The translations under genes were made by a program, and so were the position numbers. The notes under the pieces were generated by a model. That model saw only the letters and a list, made by a program, of their open reading frames with translations. It did no database searches and had not been told where the DNA came from. Below, piece by piece: positions 16,927 to 32,125 of a stretch of DNA of 64,000 bases. Where the stretch lies: the NCBI RefSeq assembly GCF_009914755.1, contig NC_060925.1, one strand, 5' to 3'. Numbering within the stretch: position 1 is the stretch's first letter; each line of letters opens with the position of its first letter. The DNA is from the human T2T-CHM13v2.0 reference genome, Homo sapiens.

Positions 16927-18702
16927 TTACCATAACTTGATGGGAAAATGCAACTTTATTGTTTGTTCTACAGCATTAAGAGAAGCATACAATCCATCCT
17001 TGGGGATGGGAGACTGTCCACTGCATTCCTAAATAATAAATCCTCCTTATTCCCAAGGAAGGTAAATAGGCTCTTGGATGGTCCTAGAATTCATGGCCCA
17101 GGCTTTTAGGATCATCCTGCACCTAAAGCCCTTGGGAGAACAACCAAACCCTAATGCTGTTGAAAGATATTAGGAAAGACATGAGGGTTTTCTTTAGAAG
17201 ACTGGCCAGTTTCTCTCAGGAAAGAAGGACATTTCCCAGAGACAGGAAGTCAAAGATGGCCTGTTTTTTTTGCGGGTAGTTGAAGCTGGTGCTTTACTGA
17301 AGCAGTGTCTTGGAGGTCCTTATGGTAGGTATGGCTATGTGGGTGTTGGGGATGACTGAGCACTGAGACCATGACTTTGATATCCATGGTGAAGGTCCTT
17401 ATAGATAACTTGGTACGGAGGCTGAGGGAGGGTGGCATGGAGGGTAAGCAGTGAATGCTGCCAGTGGAAAGAAGTTACCTTCAACAGAACCACGGGGTTT
17501 AGACAATGAATTTCTCCAGGGGGATTGCGCTGGACAAGTGACTACAGGCCTTGCCTAATTTTCCTTCATTGCATCATCTTTGAGGTCCTTACACCACTCA
17601 AGGGGTGAGAGAAGAGCTCTTAGGCATATCTGATATTTAGATTTCTTACTGATGTGGCTGACTCTTAGCTTTGAAGTCTGAACTGATTTGAATTTGAAAA
17701 ATGAAAAGATGTGACATTTTTTGTTTCTTGAGTCTTGTGGAGCAGTTCATAGCTTTATGTGCGTACATTCATTCATATACACATGCATATGTTACTGTAT
17801 ACTGCATACTTCTCTTTAATACCCCTGTGGTCTTTACATATCCATCCTGAAATGTCGTCATCCTCATCTGACAACCTAGAAAATGCTAACTCATCATTCA
17901 AAATTCATGTCAAATATCAGTCTTCCTTTCTGAGTATGCAGGGAGTAAGGAGTCTAAAAATAATTCTTGGCTTCTTAATTTGTGATATAGAGATATTGCC
18001 TGCCTTGCTTAAATCACAGCTGGTTATGAGAATTGAATGAAATGACTTACCTTAAAGAGACAGAAAGTAGCTAAGGGTGGGAGAGTCCAAGTAGCAAAAG
18101 CATGGTGTGGAGAAATTTGATATGCATGGGGAGAGGGCCTGAGGGAGACCTGTCTCAAGGTAGCTGAGGATTTTTCTTTTTCGGTATATGTGGTGGGGAG
18201 GAAAATAGCTAAAAAATATTTACTTCATGTAAGACTAGATTTAGGGGAGAATATTAAAACTCAGGAAGAGGACTTTTAACATAATGAGGTGGTTAAAAGG
18301 AGACAACTTCTCAATAGACAAGGGAGGTATTTTGAATAGATTTTTGGAAATGGTACACAAAATTAGTTTTATTGAAGAGTGAAAGAGCTGGACAGATGGG
18401 AAAATCATCATGGAGACTAGTAGATTGTGAGGGTGAAAACCATGAGTAGGCTTAAAAGTATTGTCTCAAGACAAAAAAAAAATGGGCTATTTTGGAAGTA
18501 AAGAGTTTTTAATTCCAGGAGGTGGCCCTCTACTGATGTAAGCAGACTGTGATTTAGTATGTGAAGGATGGATGTACCAGACTCATTTCCCAGAGGGAAG
18601 AGGCAGTTACTAGATTGTTTAGCCTCTTCACATGCTTGTAATATTGTTGCTTTCAAAGGTTTGCTGAAGAAATGAATGAAATGGCTTGTCAAGTATTAGT
18701 AA

Positions 18703-19029
<327 letters not shown>

Positions 19030-19374
19030 AACAAAACTTTTTTTTTTTTGCCCGACCCCCAGCAACAAAACTTTTGATTCCTTCCTTATGATAGTTTCTT
19101 TTTAAATAACTTGGACAAGAAATGTTTGCACAGAATCTCACTGATAATGTACTTTAACTTGAAGAGTATGAAATAATCTTGAGTCTACTATTTTTGTTTT
19201 TTAATGAAAATGCATTAATCATTTACATTTTTTAAGATACCCAATTTATTTTGGAAGCTATATGTTATTTTCATAAAAAATTCTTAACTTACAGAATGTC
19301 CACTGCTTAGGATTTCCTGTTTTTTTTGTATTTTAAATATATCTCTAACAAATAATCATCACGAAGGAAAAGAG

Positions 19375-19590
19375 GTTACATTTATTGCAGTCCTGCTATG
19401 TGCTTTATGCATGTTATATAGTCCTTTCAAAAACTTTTCAAGTAAGTGATACTATTTTTATTTTATAGATGTGGATCATGAGATTTAGAGAGACGATGTA
19501 AAATATAGCCAAGATAATACAGTCTCAGTCAGAGGTGGAGCTGAGATTTGAACCCAAGTCTTTTTGGAAACAAAATTTGATTCTCACCAC
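19375..19590 (-). mobile_element. MIR remnant
   Basis: acatttattg...ttttatagatg...agctgagatttgaacccaagtc. Confidence 0.7.
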
Positions 19591-19639
19591 ATTTCATTCC
19601 AGGGAAAAAATAATTCCATCCTGGCTCTGTTTTTATTTA

Positions 19640-20385
<746 letters not shown>

Positions 20386-20569
20386 GTGGGACTTAAGATG
20401 CAAAAATTTGTGATTTTCAGGATTTTGATTATATGCTTTAAATATATAAAATTCTCTGCTATGTTCAATGATAACTACTTTTTCATGTTGACATACAGAA
20501 TTGGAATATATCTAAAACACCAAAAACATATACTTATAAGTAGAATAGTAAAGATACACATAATGTTTT

Positions 20570-20805
20570 CTAATCGTTGACTGTATCTCATTGTAAGAAA
20601 TACATTTTATTGTGACCTCGTGTATCTATATAAAATGGAAATAAAAGTTTTATAAAATACTTAGCATTTCTGTGTGTTACACTCATATAGTTTCTGTTGA
20701 ATTCCATTCCTTTCTTTTCCATTATGAAAATATGTTGGTCAAGTTCTACAAAATTTATTTCACAACTCATTTATTGGTTACAACCTATAGCTTAAAAATA
20801 TTGGG
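20570..20805. mobile_element. hAT-Charlie (MER80/Charlie4-like) remnant
   Basis: Ends ttcacaactcatttattggttacaacctatagcttaaaaatattg, resembling a Charlie terminus. Confidence 0.4.
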
Positions 20806-21501
20806 CTATTCTTCAAATCCCATTAATGCAGGAGATAAGATATGAATTTTTTGCATTAACTTCTTGAAAACATACACTGCAGAGGGTGATGATTGAAAAG
20901 TCACTTATACTTTTGAGTTATTGATTGGCATGTAGCTATTACTGCATTTTGCATATTCATGCTCAGATTAACAAAAGTAATATAGATTAGGTTGCATAAA
21001 TATGTAATTAAATAATTATAAGTGCTTATATTTTGTCAATATTATTTGCTAATGGTAGAACTCTTATATTAGAAGTGGTTTTTTCCATCCAGTGGATCAG
21101 GAGATTTCTATCTTTTTTCCCCCCTAATTTCCAAATTTCAGTATTTTAATTTTTGATGGATTGGTGCTTATTTTCCTATCTTTATTGATATTAGATACTG
21201 ACAGTGAAGAAAAATATTCAATAATAAAAATTTGTGCTTCATTTTAAAGTATTTTAAATGAATAATAATAATAAACATATAACCCTACATAGCTTATTGT
21301 ACATTTGTTTATTAGTATCTTAATTTCTTCGCACTGAAAACATTAACAGATACCTCTATAATATTCTCTAATATGGTGTATTCTCTAAATTTGAAATTTC
21401 CTAATGTAATCTTTCTTAAAAGTAGGAGATATATATTCCAAGCTTATCTTTTACCATTGTCCTCTTACATGTAATGCTATAGCCATATTAAATGTGGCCT
21501 G

Positions 21502-21600
21502 TCCCTCCCTCCTTCCCTACTTCCCTTCCTTCCATCTTTCCTTCCTCCTGCCTTTCTGCCTCCTTCCTTTTCTTCCTCCCTCCCTTTTTTCCTTCCTTTT
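21502..21600. repeat. CT-rich (CCTT)n tract at an L2 3' end
   Basis: ccctccctccttccctacttcccttccttcc... followed by atattttgaacacctgctatgtgcca. Confidence 0.8.
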
Positions 21601-21745
21601 AACTAATATTTTTGAACACCTGCTATGTGCCATGTGTAGTAGTGGGAAGAAAATAAATGACATAGTCTTTGCTGTCTCTGAACTTAAACTGGATACTAAC
21701 AGTCCCAGTTATGAAAGTGAAAACAGAAAGCTTTAAGATTATTTA

Positions 21746-22058
<313 letters not shown>

Positions 22059-22813
22059 GTCAGAGGTGGAATCAGATTCTGTGAAGAATTAGAAGAGGCA
22101 TCAGAAGACACTCTTTAGTCTTCGTATTTTAAAGATGTAGAAACTGAGTCTCTTATAGATTAAATGATGTGGTGAGGTTACAGCTGAAACCCAAGCTGGT
22201 TTCTTGACTAGTGCTCTTTCCATACCACCTCTTCTCTCTTGACTATCACATTGCCTGCCCAGATCCCATGTTGTCATATATTTTTGTATGTAGTTTGTGC
22301 TGTCAAAGACCTCTTTTCAAAATGCACACACTCAACCATAGACTGTTACCGTTATTGGTTTTGTTACTTGAAATTATAATTGGAACAATTAGAGATGCGT
22401 CAGTGGAAAGGCAATGAAAGAAGGCCATTAAGTGCTAATAAATGCCTCTCCTCATGGGAACGGAGATCTTTTCTTCTCTATGTATTTGAGCTCTTTTCAC
22501 TGGTGCTTTTAAGTGGCTAGAAATAACACTTGCCACACGCTTGTGGAATACTCTGGATGCCAGGGGGTTCATTTTATTCTGTATTTGAATTGAGCACACT
22601 GCGGTTGGAATGTGTGTTGATTCTTTTGTTGATTTAAGCATTCATTCCATGTTTTGCATTAACCTTTTCTCATGGAAGACAGAATAGTGAGAGCTCTTAG
22701 AGAATGAAGTCTTTAGGTAGCTGATGACTTTCCAAGAAACAGATGAAAAGGTTAAAGTTGTAAGTGTTTATGTTGATATATTTTCCTTTTCACAACACCC
22801 TAAAATCTAGATA

Positions 22814-23131
22814 CAATAGTCTTCCCTTATCTGAAGTTTTGCACTCTGCTGTTTCAGTTACCCATGGTCAATTGCGGTCTGAAAAGACTCAATGGAAAAT
22901 TCCAGAAATACACAATTTATGTTTTAAATTGCATGTCATTCTGAGTAGTTAGTTAAATCTCTTACCATTCTGCTTTGTCCCACATGGAATGTAAATTATC
23001 TCTTTGTCTAGCATATCCACATGGTATACACTATCTGCCTGTTAGTATTATAGAGTCAGGTACTATCTGTGGTTTCAGGCATCCACTGGGGGTCTTGGGA
23101 CATATCCCCTGCAGGTAAGGGGGAGCTACTG
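22814..23131. mobile_element. MER44-like Tigger (TcMar) MITE
   Basis: TIRs caatagtcttcccttatc / ggtaagggggagctactg; internal ggaaaattccagaaata...ttttaaattgcatgtcattctgagtag. Confidence 0.85.
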
Positions 23132-23815
23132 AACAGTGTGACAAATTGGATGTAGCCCTCCCTAAAGCTACATGCTTACCTGTGGCTAGCAAGAGATAAT
23201 CACTACTTGTTGATATGGTGATATATTAGCTTCAGAAACGAATTTAGGTAAATAATGAATGAATTCCAGAATAACTTACCAATACTAAAAATGATGACAA
23301 TGATAGTAATGATGATGATAAGGATAATAGCAGCTAATATATTTGACTACTTACTATGAGCCTGTAAGTCTGTGCCTTATAGAAATGAGCAAGGTTGTCC
23401 TGTCCTAAGAGAGGCTACATAGGAGAGGATTTGACTTGGGCTCCTGGTACTTTTGGAAAAAACAGGAGGGGCATCTAAATATGCCGGCATATCAGGAAAT
23501 GCTTCCCACAGGAGGCTGCATCAACATGTCTTTAAGAGTGAGTTCATTCCTCAATAAAGAAAGAGGCATTAGACAAAGGCTTCTGTGGTTAAGGAGTCAA
23601 CACTGAAGTGTGAAATTAGTGTAGAATCCCTTGGGAGCCAGCTGTTCTGGGAATAAAAAGTTTGCGTGGGGGAATCATGGATGTGGCTTCTAGAGAGTGA
23701 GAGAGAAGCTGGATCCAGGAATCCACTTAAATCCTTCCTGGTTAATTGGAAAATCAGATTCCATTCTTTTTAAATAAACAGGATGTGACCATGGTAGTGC
23801 TCCATTCTGTTTTAG

Positions 23816-24187
<372 letters not shown>

Positions 24188-24782
24188 TCTAGCATCTTAA
24201 AATAGTGAAAACAAAAGAGTACACTATTGGCTGGAGAAGCTCACTTCTACCCTATCCACGCTCTTCTTTTCCAGCCTCCTGCCAAGGAGCTGGTAATGTA
24301 TATTCAGGACCAAGGACAGTAATTGGGCCCCATTTCTTCATCTGAAGCCTTAGCAGGGGAGGGGTTGACGTGAGCTGTCTAGACCAGAACTGCCCTGGTC
24401 AGCGGGTAAGTGTTCTCTTGCTGTTGCTTCTTCTCACTGGCTGGTTTGTCTTCCACAGGTGGAAGACAAACTTTTCTAGTCACTGTCGTGTCAAAGAAAA
24501 GTCTGAGATTCATGTATGGGCTTCGTGGAGAGGGGCAAGGGAGGCCTTTGAGCCTCTTTGGTACCAGGCCTTAGGGCTACCTCTTACCTAGGCCAAATGA
24601 GGATTTCATGTGGTCCAGCCCATGTTTCCAGGGTTGGAAAGGGAATACATTGAAGTTTGCAGCAAAACCCAGCTCAGTTTGTCCTTTCCACATGCATTTC
24701 TTTTAGAAACTCTGCAGGAAGGGGTGGCTAACAGAACTGAATGTTTAGCATCCTGAGTTTTATTTTTTGTTGATGTATAATA

Positions 24783-25011
24783 CATATTCTCAGTTGGGGT
24801 GATATTGCCCCCAACAGGGCAAAAACTGGTTCTTGGGGGACAAAAAGAGTCTTACTCTTTTTATGTTTAAAGCGCAGGTGTATGTAGAGCACATATACTG
24901 GTATATAGTATATCTATGATATTAAACTTAATAGGGGAACATTTAATGGGGAAAAATATCAAATAAGTTTCATTAGGGGAACCATAATGAAAAGAAGGGT
25001 GAGAAACACTG
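24783..25011. mobile_element. hAT-Charlie-type MITE remnant
   Basis: ttctcagttggggtgatattgccccc ... gggtgagaaacactg termini. Confidence 0.5.
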
Positions 25012-25065
25012 GCTTAAATCATTGTCTGTCTGTCTGTCTCTCTCTTTTTCTTTGTCTCCTTCCTA

Positions 25066-25460
25066 GGTAGTACAAGGCTGGTTCCAGTGACCTATAATGT
25101 CATCACTATCCTACTCTTTGTTCTTTTCTGATCTTCCATCTGCACAATTACCTTGTAGTATTAAGGTGGTTGTTGCAGCTCCACTATCATATATAGCTGA
25201 CAGGGAGACAAAAGAAGAGGAAGGGTAAAAGTTACACATTAACGAAATCAGAACCTTTTAAAGGAACTCTTCTGATGTCACTCAAAACCTCTAATTACAT
25301 CTTACTGGGTAGAAGTTAGTCATGTGGACACCCCATTTGCAAGGGAGGCTGGGAAATGCAGATTGATTTGTCTATTAAAGTTGGGCACATTGCCATTCCC
25401 AGCAAAATTGGGATTCTGTTAATAAGAAAGGGAAAATAGATATTAGGTAGGCAACCAGTG
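25066..25460 (-). mobile_element. MLT1 (MLT1K/L-like) MaLR LTR remnant
   Basis: agttagtcatgtggacaccccatttgcaagggaggctgggaaatg...aaaattgggattctgtta...gatattaggtaggcaacc. Confidence 0.75.
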
Positions 25461-26402
25461 ATCTTTTTACTAGTGCTTTTTGCCATTCGTTTTCCTGGCA
25501 GCCAACTTGGGTAAAATATAATCTGTGATTTGGAAAAAGTGAAAGCTAAGTGCCTTTATTTTATGCCAGGACTCATTCATCTGGTGCTTTAAATTCTTGA
25601 ACAGACTGACTTAGTGCATAAGCAAATAAAATGGATTAAATATTAAGGCATTAAGTTCTTCAGCATGTTTCCTGGTGGGGAGAACACTTAGTATTTGTAA
25701 AGTGAGAACTGACTTCTTTGTTCAGTTTATAGATCCCTGACTCAGAAACTTTTGCATTCTAAATGTTTCAGTGGGAACCATTAATTATTGATTATTTAGA
25801 TTTCATGAAAATATGTTGTTTAGAAATTTTGAATTTTGTGAATAAAAGCAAAATATTGGGATTCTTAAAGATGTCAACAAAAAATAAGTAAAAGCATTGT
25901 ATTTCCTGCAATTGAATTTGTAGATATGTTTTTCAGATAAAATTATGATGGTATTGAGTACTTCATATTATAGAGTAGCTGACAGCATCAAAATATGATT
26001 CTTTGTAAATCTGTAAGTACTAATATTCTTAATATATGCCAATAATTTAGAGAAAAAAAGTAAACTTCAGTAGAAAATTTCCAATTAAATCTGTAGATTT
26101 TGGTAAAATTACTTCCTCTAGCGATTAAAATTGCATTGTAATGGTTGGCAAAGTTCCCGGATTTGGGCATGAAAGTACAGAGCTATTTTAATAGCACCAT
26201 TGTGTTCAGGGTGTGGAACTGGATTCTTGACCTCAGTGCTTCTTGGAGCAGGGGGTGGGCAGTATTTGTGTGATTTGTCTGTCTTTCTCTTCCTATCTCC
26301 TTTCTTTTGCCTGTTTCCCTTTCCTTGTTTCTTTTTTTGTTGGATCAGTATATTGAAATATTGTGAGATAGTACTCCTATAGGAATTATTTTGGTGCACA
26401 GA

Positions 26403-26722
<320 letters not shown>

Positions 26723-26751
26723 TAAGTTTTAAAAGAGATTTCTCTGTTTTT

Positions 26752-27061
<310 letters not shown>

Positions 27062-27829
27062 GAGATTTCTCTGTTTTTAAGGAAAAAAATTTTAAAAATA
27101 TATTGGTTCTGGATTTTTTTTTAAATTTTATTTTCTTCCAATTCTATTCCATGTCATTAGACAGAGTCAATAATATTGGCCCACCTAGTATTCCGTATTT
27201 TGTAATTTGGTGAATATATTTGGGTCTTAAATGTTCATAATATCAATTTAAATGACCCCAGCAAATTACTGGTGAGTTGAGAGTCATCTTGCCTATTCTT
27301 TTGGTCCATATAATGCCTTGTAGCTGTCTGCCAGTTGTGAATTAGATGTAGGATTGTTTTCTCTCTATGTTATGACTATATGGAACAATGACGAATCTTC
27401 TTGAAAGGGTATGTAGAAAGTGTAAAAAATATTTAGTGCCTAGGCACTGAAGGAGGCTCTGAGGGAACACACAAGGGTGAGGGAGCAGACAAGTGTGTGT
27501 TGAGAGCTTAGGTAGAGACATGTGGGGGTGGGGGGACCTCGAGAAGACTCCCAGAGAAGATGACATGCAGCTGAGTGTTGAAGATTTAGGGGGATAGGGA
27601 TGTGCCTAGACACGAAGTCTAAGAGCACAGATGCACACAGAGACTTACACTAGAGGACAAGGCTTTATTTCTGCTTTGTTTACTGTTATATCTCCAGTGT
27701 CTAAGGCTTCATTTAGCTTGTAGTAGACACATAATGCACATTTGTTGAATTAATAGGTTAAATTAATTGTAAGAAGTTCTATGCCTCTGATGTAGGGTTT
27801 CACTTGGAGAATGTTCAGAAATAAAATAT

Positions 27830-28280
27830 TTTGTAAGTGATACTAAGATTTGGATTTCATGCTAAAGATCCTGGGGAGTCATTCAGTGATTTAAAGTCTG
27901 GTAATGATGTGATAGAACTTACATCACTGTTAAAGTTGGATAGGAGGGTGCTCAAATTAGATGCAGGGAAATTAGTTGTGAGATTAGTGTAGCAGTTTAT
28001 ATGATAGTTGGTGGAAGCTGGAGTGGTGATCCAAATAGACAAGAGAGGGTGAATTTAAGAGATATTAAGATAGAATCAACAGGACATGGTGACCAACTTG
28101 GAGCATGAGGATAGAGGTAGAAGGAGGATGGATGATTCCCAGGTGCTAGGCTTGGCGGACATTTATGGATGCTGATGATGTGGATTATGATTGGGAATGA
28201 AGGAGGAGAAACATTTGGATAGATTGTAATGAACTGTAGAGATGTTTGGTTCCAGACACCTAGTGGAGATGTTTAAGAGG
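27830..28280 (-). mobile_element. L2 remnant
   Basis: gagatattaagatagaatcaacaggacatggtgacc...gatgattcccagg. Confidence 0.65.
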
Positions 28281-28414
28281 TTAATATGATTGTAATGAGT
28301 TGTAGGGATGTTTAAGAGGTTAATGTGATTGTAATGAGTTGTAGAGATGTTTGGTTCCAGACACCTAGTGGAGATGTTAAGAGTTGTAGAGATGTTTAAG
28401 AGGTTAATGTGATT
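28222..28414. repeat. Mosaic tandem repeat
   Basis: Repeated modules gattgtaatgagttgtagagatgttt, ggttccagacacctagtggagatgttt, aagaggttaatgt. Confidence 0.9.
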
Positions 28415-28744
28415 TTGAGTTCTAGTGTTTGGCTACCTCTCTGGTAGCTCCTTTCTATTCTCTCAGTTCCACTTCTTTCAGGTACCCATTAAATGTTGGT
28501 ATTTCTGAGAGTCCATATTAATCACTTGTTTCCACTCCATTCCTACTCATCTGTTCCTTTGGCTTCAACTTCCTGCTCTGTTGCTCACTGTCAAATTATT
28601 GTCTCCAGACAAGACTTTTGTCCTGAGTGCCAACTGTTCAGTCTAACTGCCTACATGTTGTTTCAATCAGATATTCCCCAGGCATGTAAAGATAAATGTG
28701 TACAAATAAGGACCACTCATTTTCTTCCCCCATTTCTTTTACAA

Positions 28745-28985
28745 TGTAGAGAAAAATGGTCAAGAGCACAGATGCTAGAGTTAGACTCCCTAGATTTGAG
28801 TCCCATATGTCACTTACTAGCTTTGTGACCCTGTGCAAATTATCTGACTTTTTTGTGCCTCTGTTTTCTCATCTGTAAAGTAAGAATAACAATAGTACCT
28901 TCCTCATAGGATGTTATGAGATCAAACAAGTTAATGCATATAAAGCAATCAGATTGGTGCTGGCACATGGTAAGCACTATATTAA
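28745..28985 (+). mobile_element. MIR
   Basis: cacttactagctttgtgaccctgtgcaaattatctgac...ctgttttctcatctgtaaag...tggcacatggtaagcact. Confidence 0.9.
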
Positions 28986-29086
28986 TCAGATCTTCCTTTA
29001 TTTCCTGTCCTGGTTAGTGATACCATTGTTCAACCAGCTACCCAAACCAGAAATGTGACATTTATCCTAACTCTTCCATATCACTA

Positions 29087-29131
29087 CATCAGAAGGAGAT
29101 TCATCAGAAGGAGGGGCATCAGAAGGAGATT
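29087..29131. repeat. 15-bp tandem repeat x3
   Basis: catcagaaggagatt catcagaaggagggg catcagaaggagatt. Confidence 0.9.
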
Positions 29132-31739
29132 CCACATCAAAGCAATCATTAAATCCTGCCATTTGTCTTCTTTCCATCTCTACCATTACTGCCTTGGACT
29201 TGACATTTATTGTCTTCTTTCTGAATGACATACACCGGCTACTGACTAGTGACTCATCACCCTGTCTTTGATCTTTCTCTTCTTCAACGTTTTCTATATA
29301 ATCCCCAGTGATTATTCTGAAATGCAAATCTGATCACTTAAAACTCTATAGCGCCTTCCTGTTCCCACAGAAAATAGACAAACACAAACTACCAGTAAAG
29401 ACCTCTGAGGTCTGTTCTGGCTTCCTTCTGTAGACTCTTCTCTGTCTCATTCTGATCTCTCTTTAATGTTTACAGTTCTGTGATGTTTTGTGCTACTCTG
29501 GTCTTCCATGTCTTCGTATATCTGATTTTCTGTGGAATGCCTCCTACCTCATATTTCTTCTCAGATATTGTTTCTGGCAGCTCCTCCAAGCAGGATAGAT
29601 ATTCTTTGCTGTATGTTGATACTCTACCTTGGGTGGAGCTTAAGCATAGTACCTGTTATGCTTATTATAGTTATTTATTTGCATGTTGTCCTCCTCCAAG
29701 GCTGAGCTTGTTTATTTTTGAATAAATTGGCTCCATGAATCAACTTCTAGGAAACTATGAGTTATGCCTCCCATCTTCAGTTAAGGGCAGATGTTAAACA
29801 TTTATTTACTGTACAGATTATCTGGTTAACAATCATTTACATCTATATTGAAGAAACCATCTCTGTAGTTACTTTATTTGCTGCCGGGGGGAATTTTTTT
29901 TAGTTTTCTTGATACAGCTAGTGTGTTCTTTTTCAGGCTTCCAAAGATCATTCTTTTCCTAGTGGAGCAATAACTATATTTCCTGGTAACTCAGTTACTG
30001 GAAGAGCCAATAAGAAATGTCATCAAGGTGGTTCTTAAACTATAGTGTGGGAATTGTACTCTATTTTTTTGTCTAGGAGTCAGGAAGCCATGAAAGAGCA
30101 TTAACTTACTGCCTGAAGACCAGCTGTTAACACTGAAGATTAACGCTTTATTGAGATGGGTTGAGAGAGAAGAAAGGCATTTGATTTGTAGCTGTCATGT
30201 GGCATCCAGAGGGAAGCACTCTCTCTGACTGAAAATCTGTACAGTTCAACCACAAATAAGGCATTTGGGCAATATAACAGAATCAATTTAATAACACTGA
30301 GTCTTCAGGTTACTTTTTGAAGGTACATTTTGCAGGAAAAATGGCATACATATTTTCTTTTTATATAGATATATTAGAAAATAAATTTAAAAATATGTAG
30401 TCTAAATCCAAAGTAATGCTAAAGGAATAGTCATTATTTTTCCAGCATTTATTTAAAAAATGTTTTCCCATAAAACATGCTTACAGGTTTTCCCATAAAA
30501 TATGCTTACGGGAGAAAACCTATTGCACAGAAAATGATACAATTCAATTGGATGGTGGTGCTCAGTGGCTAATGAACTATTCAATATTGTTCGTGTCAGT
30601 GCTTTGGCTCCCTGTTGCTGAAGGCAGGCATAAGTGCTTTCCAAACCCTTGCAGGTGATCAACACCAAGAGGATAGTTCAAATGGGGTCTGTGGCTCCTA
30701 TCTCCAAATTCCATTAGCAAAATGTTAAAATATTGTATGTAGGCACTTAGTTTTTTAAGGTAAGCGAATACTACAATATCAGGGAAAACACACTGTGGCT
30801 GTGTTATATCAAAAATAATAGTAACATTTTTCCGTGGTGCTTGGGTTTTAAAACGGTTGGCGTTTGTTGCATTTCTTTTGATCCATACAACTTGGGCCAT
30901 AGTTAGCATTATCTCAGTTTAGAAGTAAAAGAAATAGGTTCGGAGAGAATTTTGCCCATTCAGTGGTAGAGCTAATATTCAAAGGAAGGTTCTGTGTTTC
31001 TCATTCGAGGACTCATCTCCTGAGCTCACACAGCAAGAGTGTGCTGGGCATATGGTTTTCATTTTGCTGGACCATCAGAAGGAGACATATCTTTAGGATG
31101 TTCAGATTAGGTGCTCATTCTTCAGAAGAGAGAAACTTTTCTTTAGCACTTTGTTGTACTTCAGAGATGCCTGTGAAACAGGATAGACTTCGAAATAGTA
31201 AAATTTGATTATCAAAATTTTTGGCTTTTGGTGAGAATATATCTGTCAGTGGTAGGACTGGTGAGAGCCATGAAGGGAACTAGTAACTGTGAGTTAATAA
31301 GAAGGGGGTTGGATACTGGAATCTATTTATTACTCTTAATGCAAAGTTCTGTTTGCTTAATAAAAAAAATGTAGAGAAAAATGTTAGATGTATCTGTGTA
31401 TTTTTAGTCAACACATAATTATTTGCTATTTATAATGTTTGATACATTCTATTTTGCTTTAACAACATTCACAGGGATTGTTACTAAATCTACATATAAA
31501 TATATGGTCACAAGCATGAATTGAAACAGGTCTCAGCATGAAGATATAAAGTGACTAAACCTTTTTTTCTTCTTTCTTCTCTCTGTCCTTTCTTCTCTGC
31601 CTTTTTTCTTGAAGAAAATATTTTATTGACTTGTTAAATGGCATTATTCAGGCCATTCATCATTTTTCCTTGGCATTTTATACATCCTAAAATTTCACTC
31701 ATGGTCCTCACGGCTCAAACAGATGCCCTCCAGCTCTTT

Positions 31740-32125
31740 TTATTTTTATATCCTGACTTAAATTTTTTTTATTATTATACTTTAAAGTTCTGGGATACAT
31801 ATGCAGAACATGCAGGTTTGTTACATAGGTATACACATGCCATGGTGGTTTGCTGCACCCATCAACCCGTCATCTACATTAGGTATTTCTCCTAATGCTG
31901 TCCCTCTCCTGGCCCCCCACCCTCTGACAGGCCCTGGTGTGTGATGTTCCCCTCCCTGTGTTCATGTGTTCTCATTGTTCAACTCCCACTTATGAGTGAG
32001 AACATGCGGTGTTTGGTTTTCTGTTCTTGTGTTAGTTTCCTGAGAATGATGGTTTCCAGCTTTATCCATGTCCCTGCAAAGGACATAAACTCATCCTTTT
32101 TTATGGCTGAACAGTATTCCATGGT
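31740..32125 (-). mobile_element. 5'-truncated L1PA (about L1PA7) 3' UTR
   Basis: aagttctgggatacatatgcagaacatgcaggtttgttacatagg...; TSD tgccctccagctcttt (31724-31739 / 32125-32140). Confidence 0.95.

Larger units (their letters stand above)
28420..29725 (+). mobile_element. L2 remnant interrupted by MIR
   Basis: Pyrimidine-rich L2 body, ccagctacccaaaccagaaa...ctgaaatgcaaatctgatcac. Confidence 0.65.

Noticed and set aside
16980-17640. GC-richer unassigned segment
   Set aside because: Possibly a decayed LTR; no termini or family recognised with confidence.
28222-28414. Repeat-spacer look resembling a CRISPR array
   Set aside because: Primate DNA; the intervening pieces are themselves repeated, and no cas genes.
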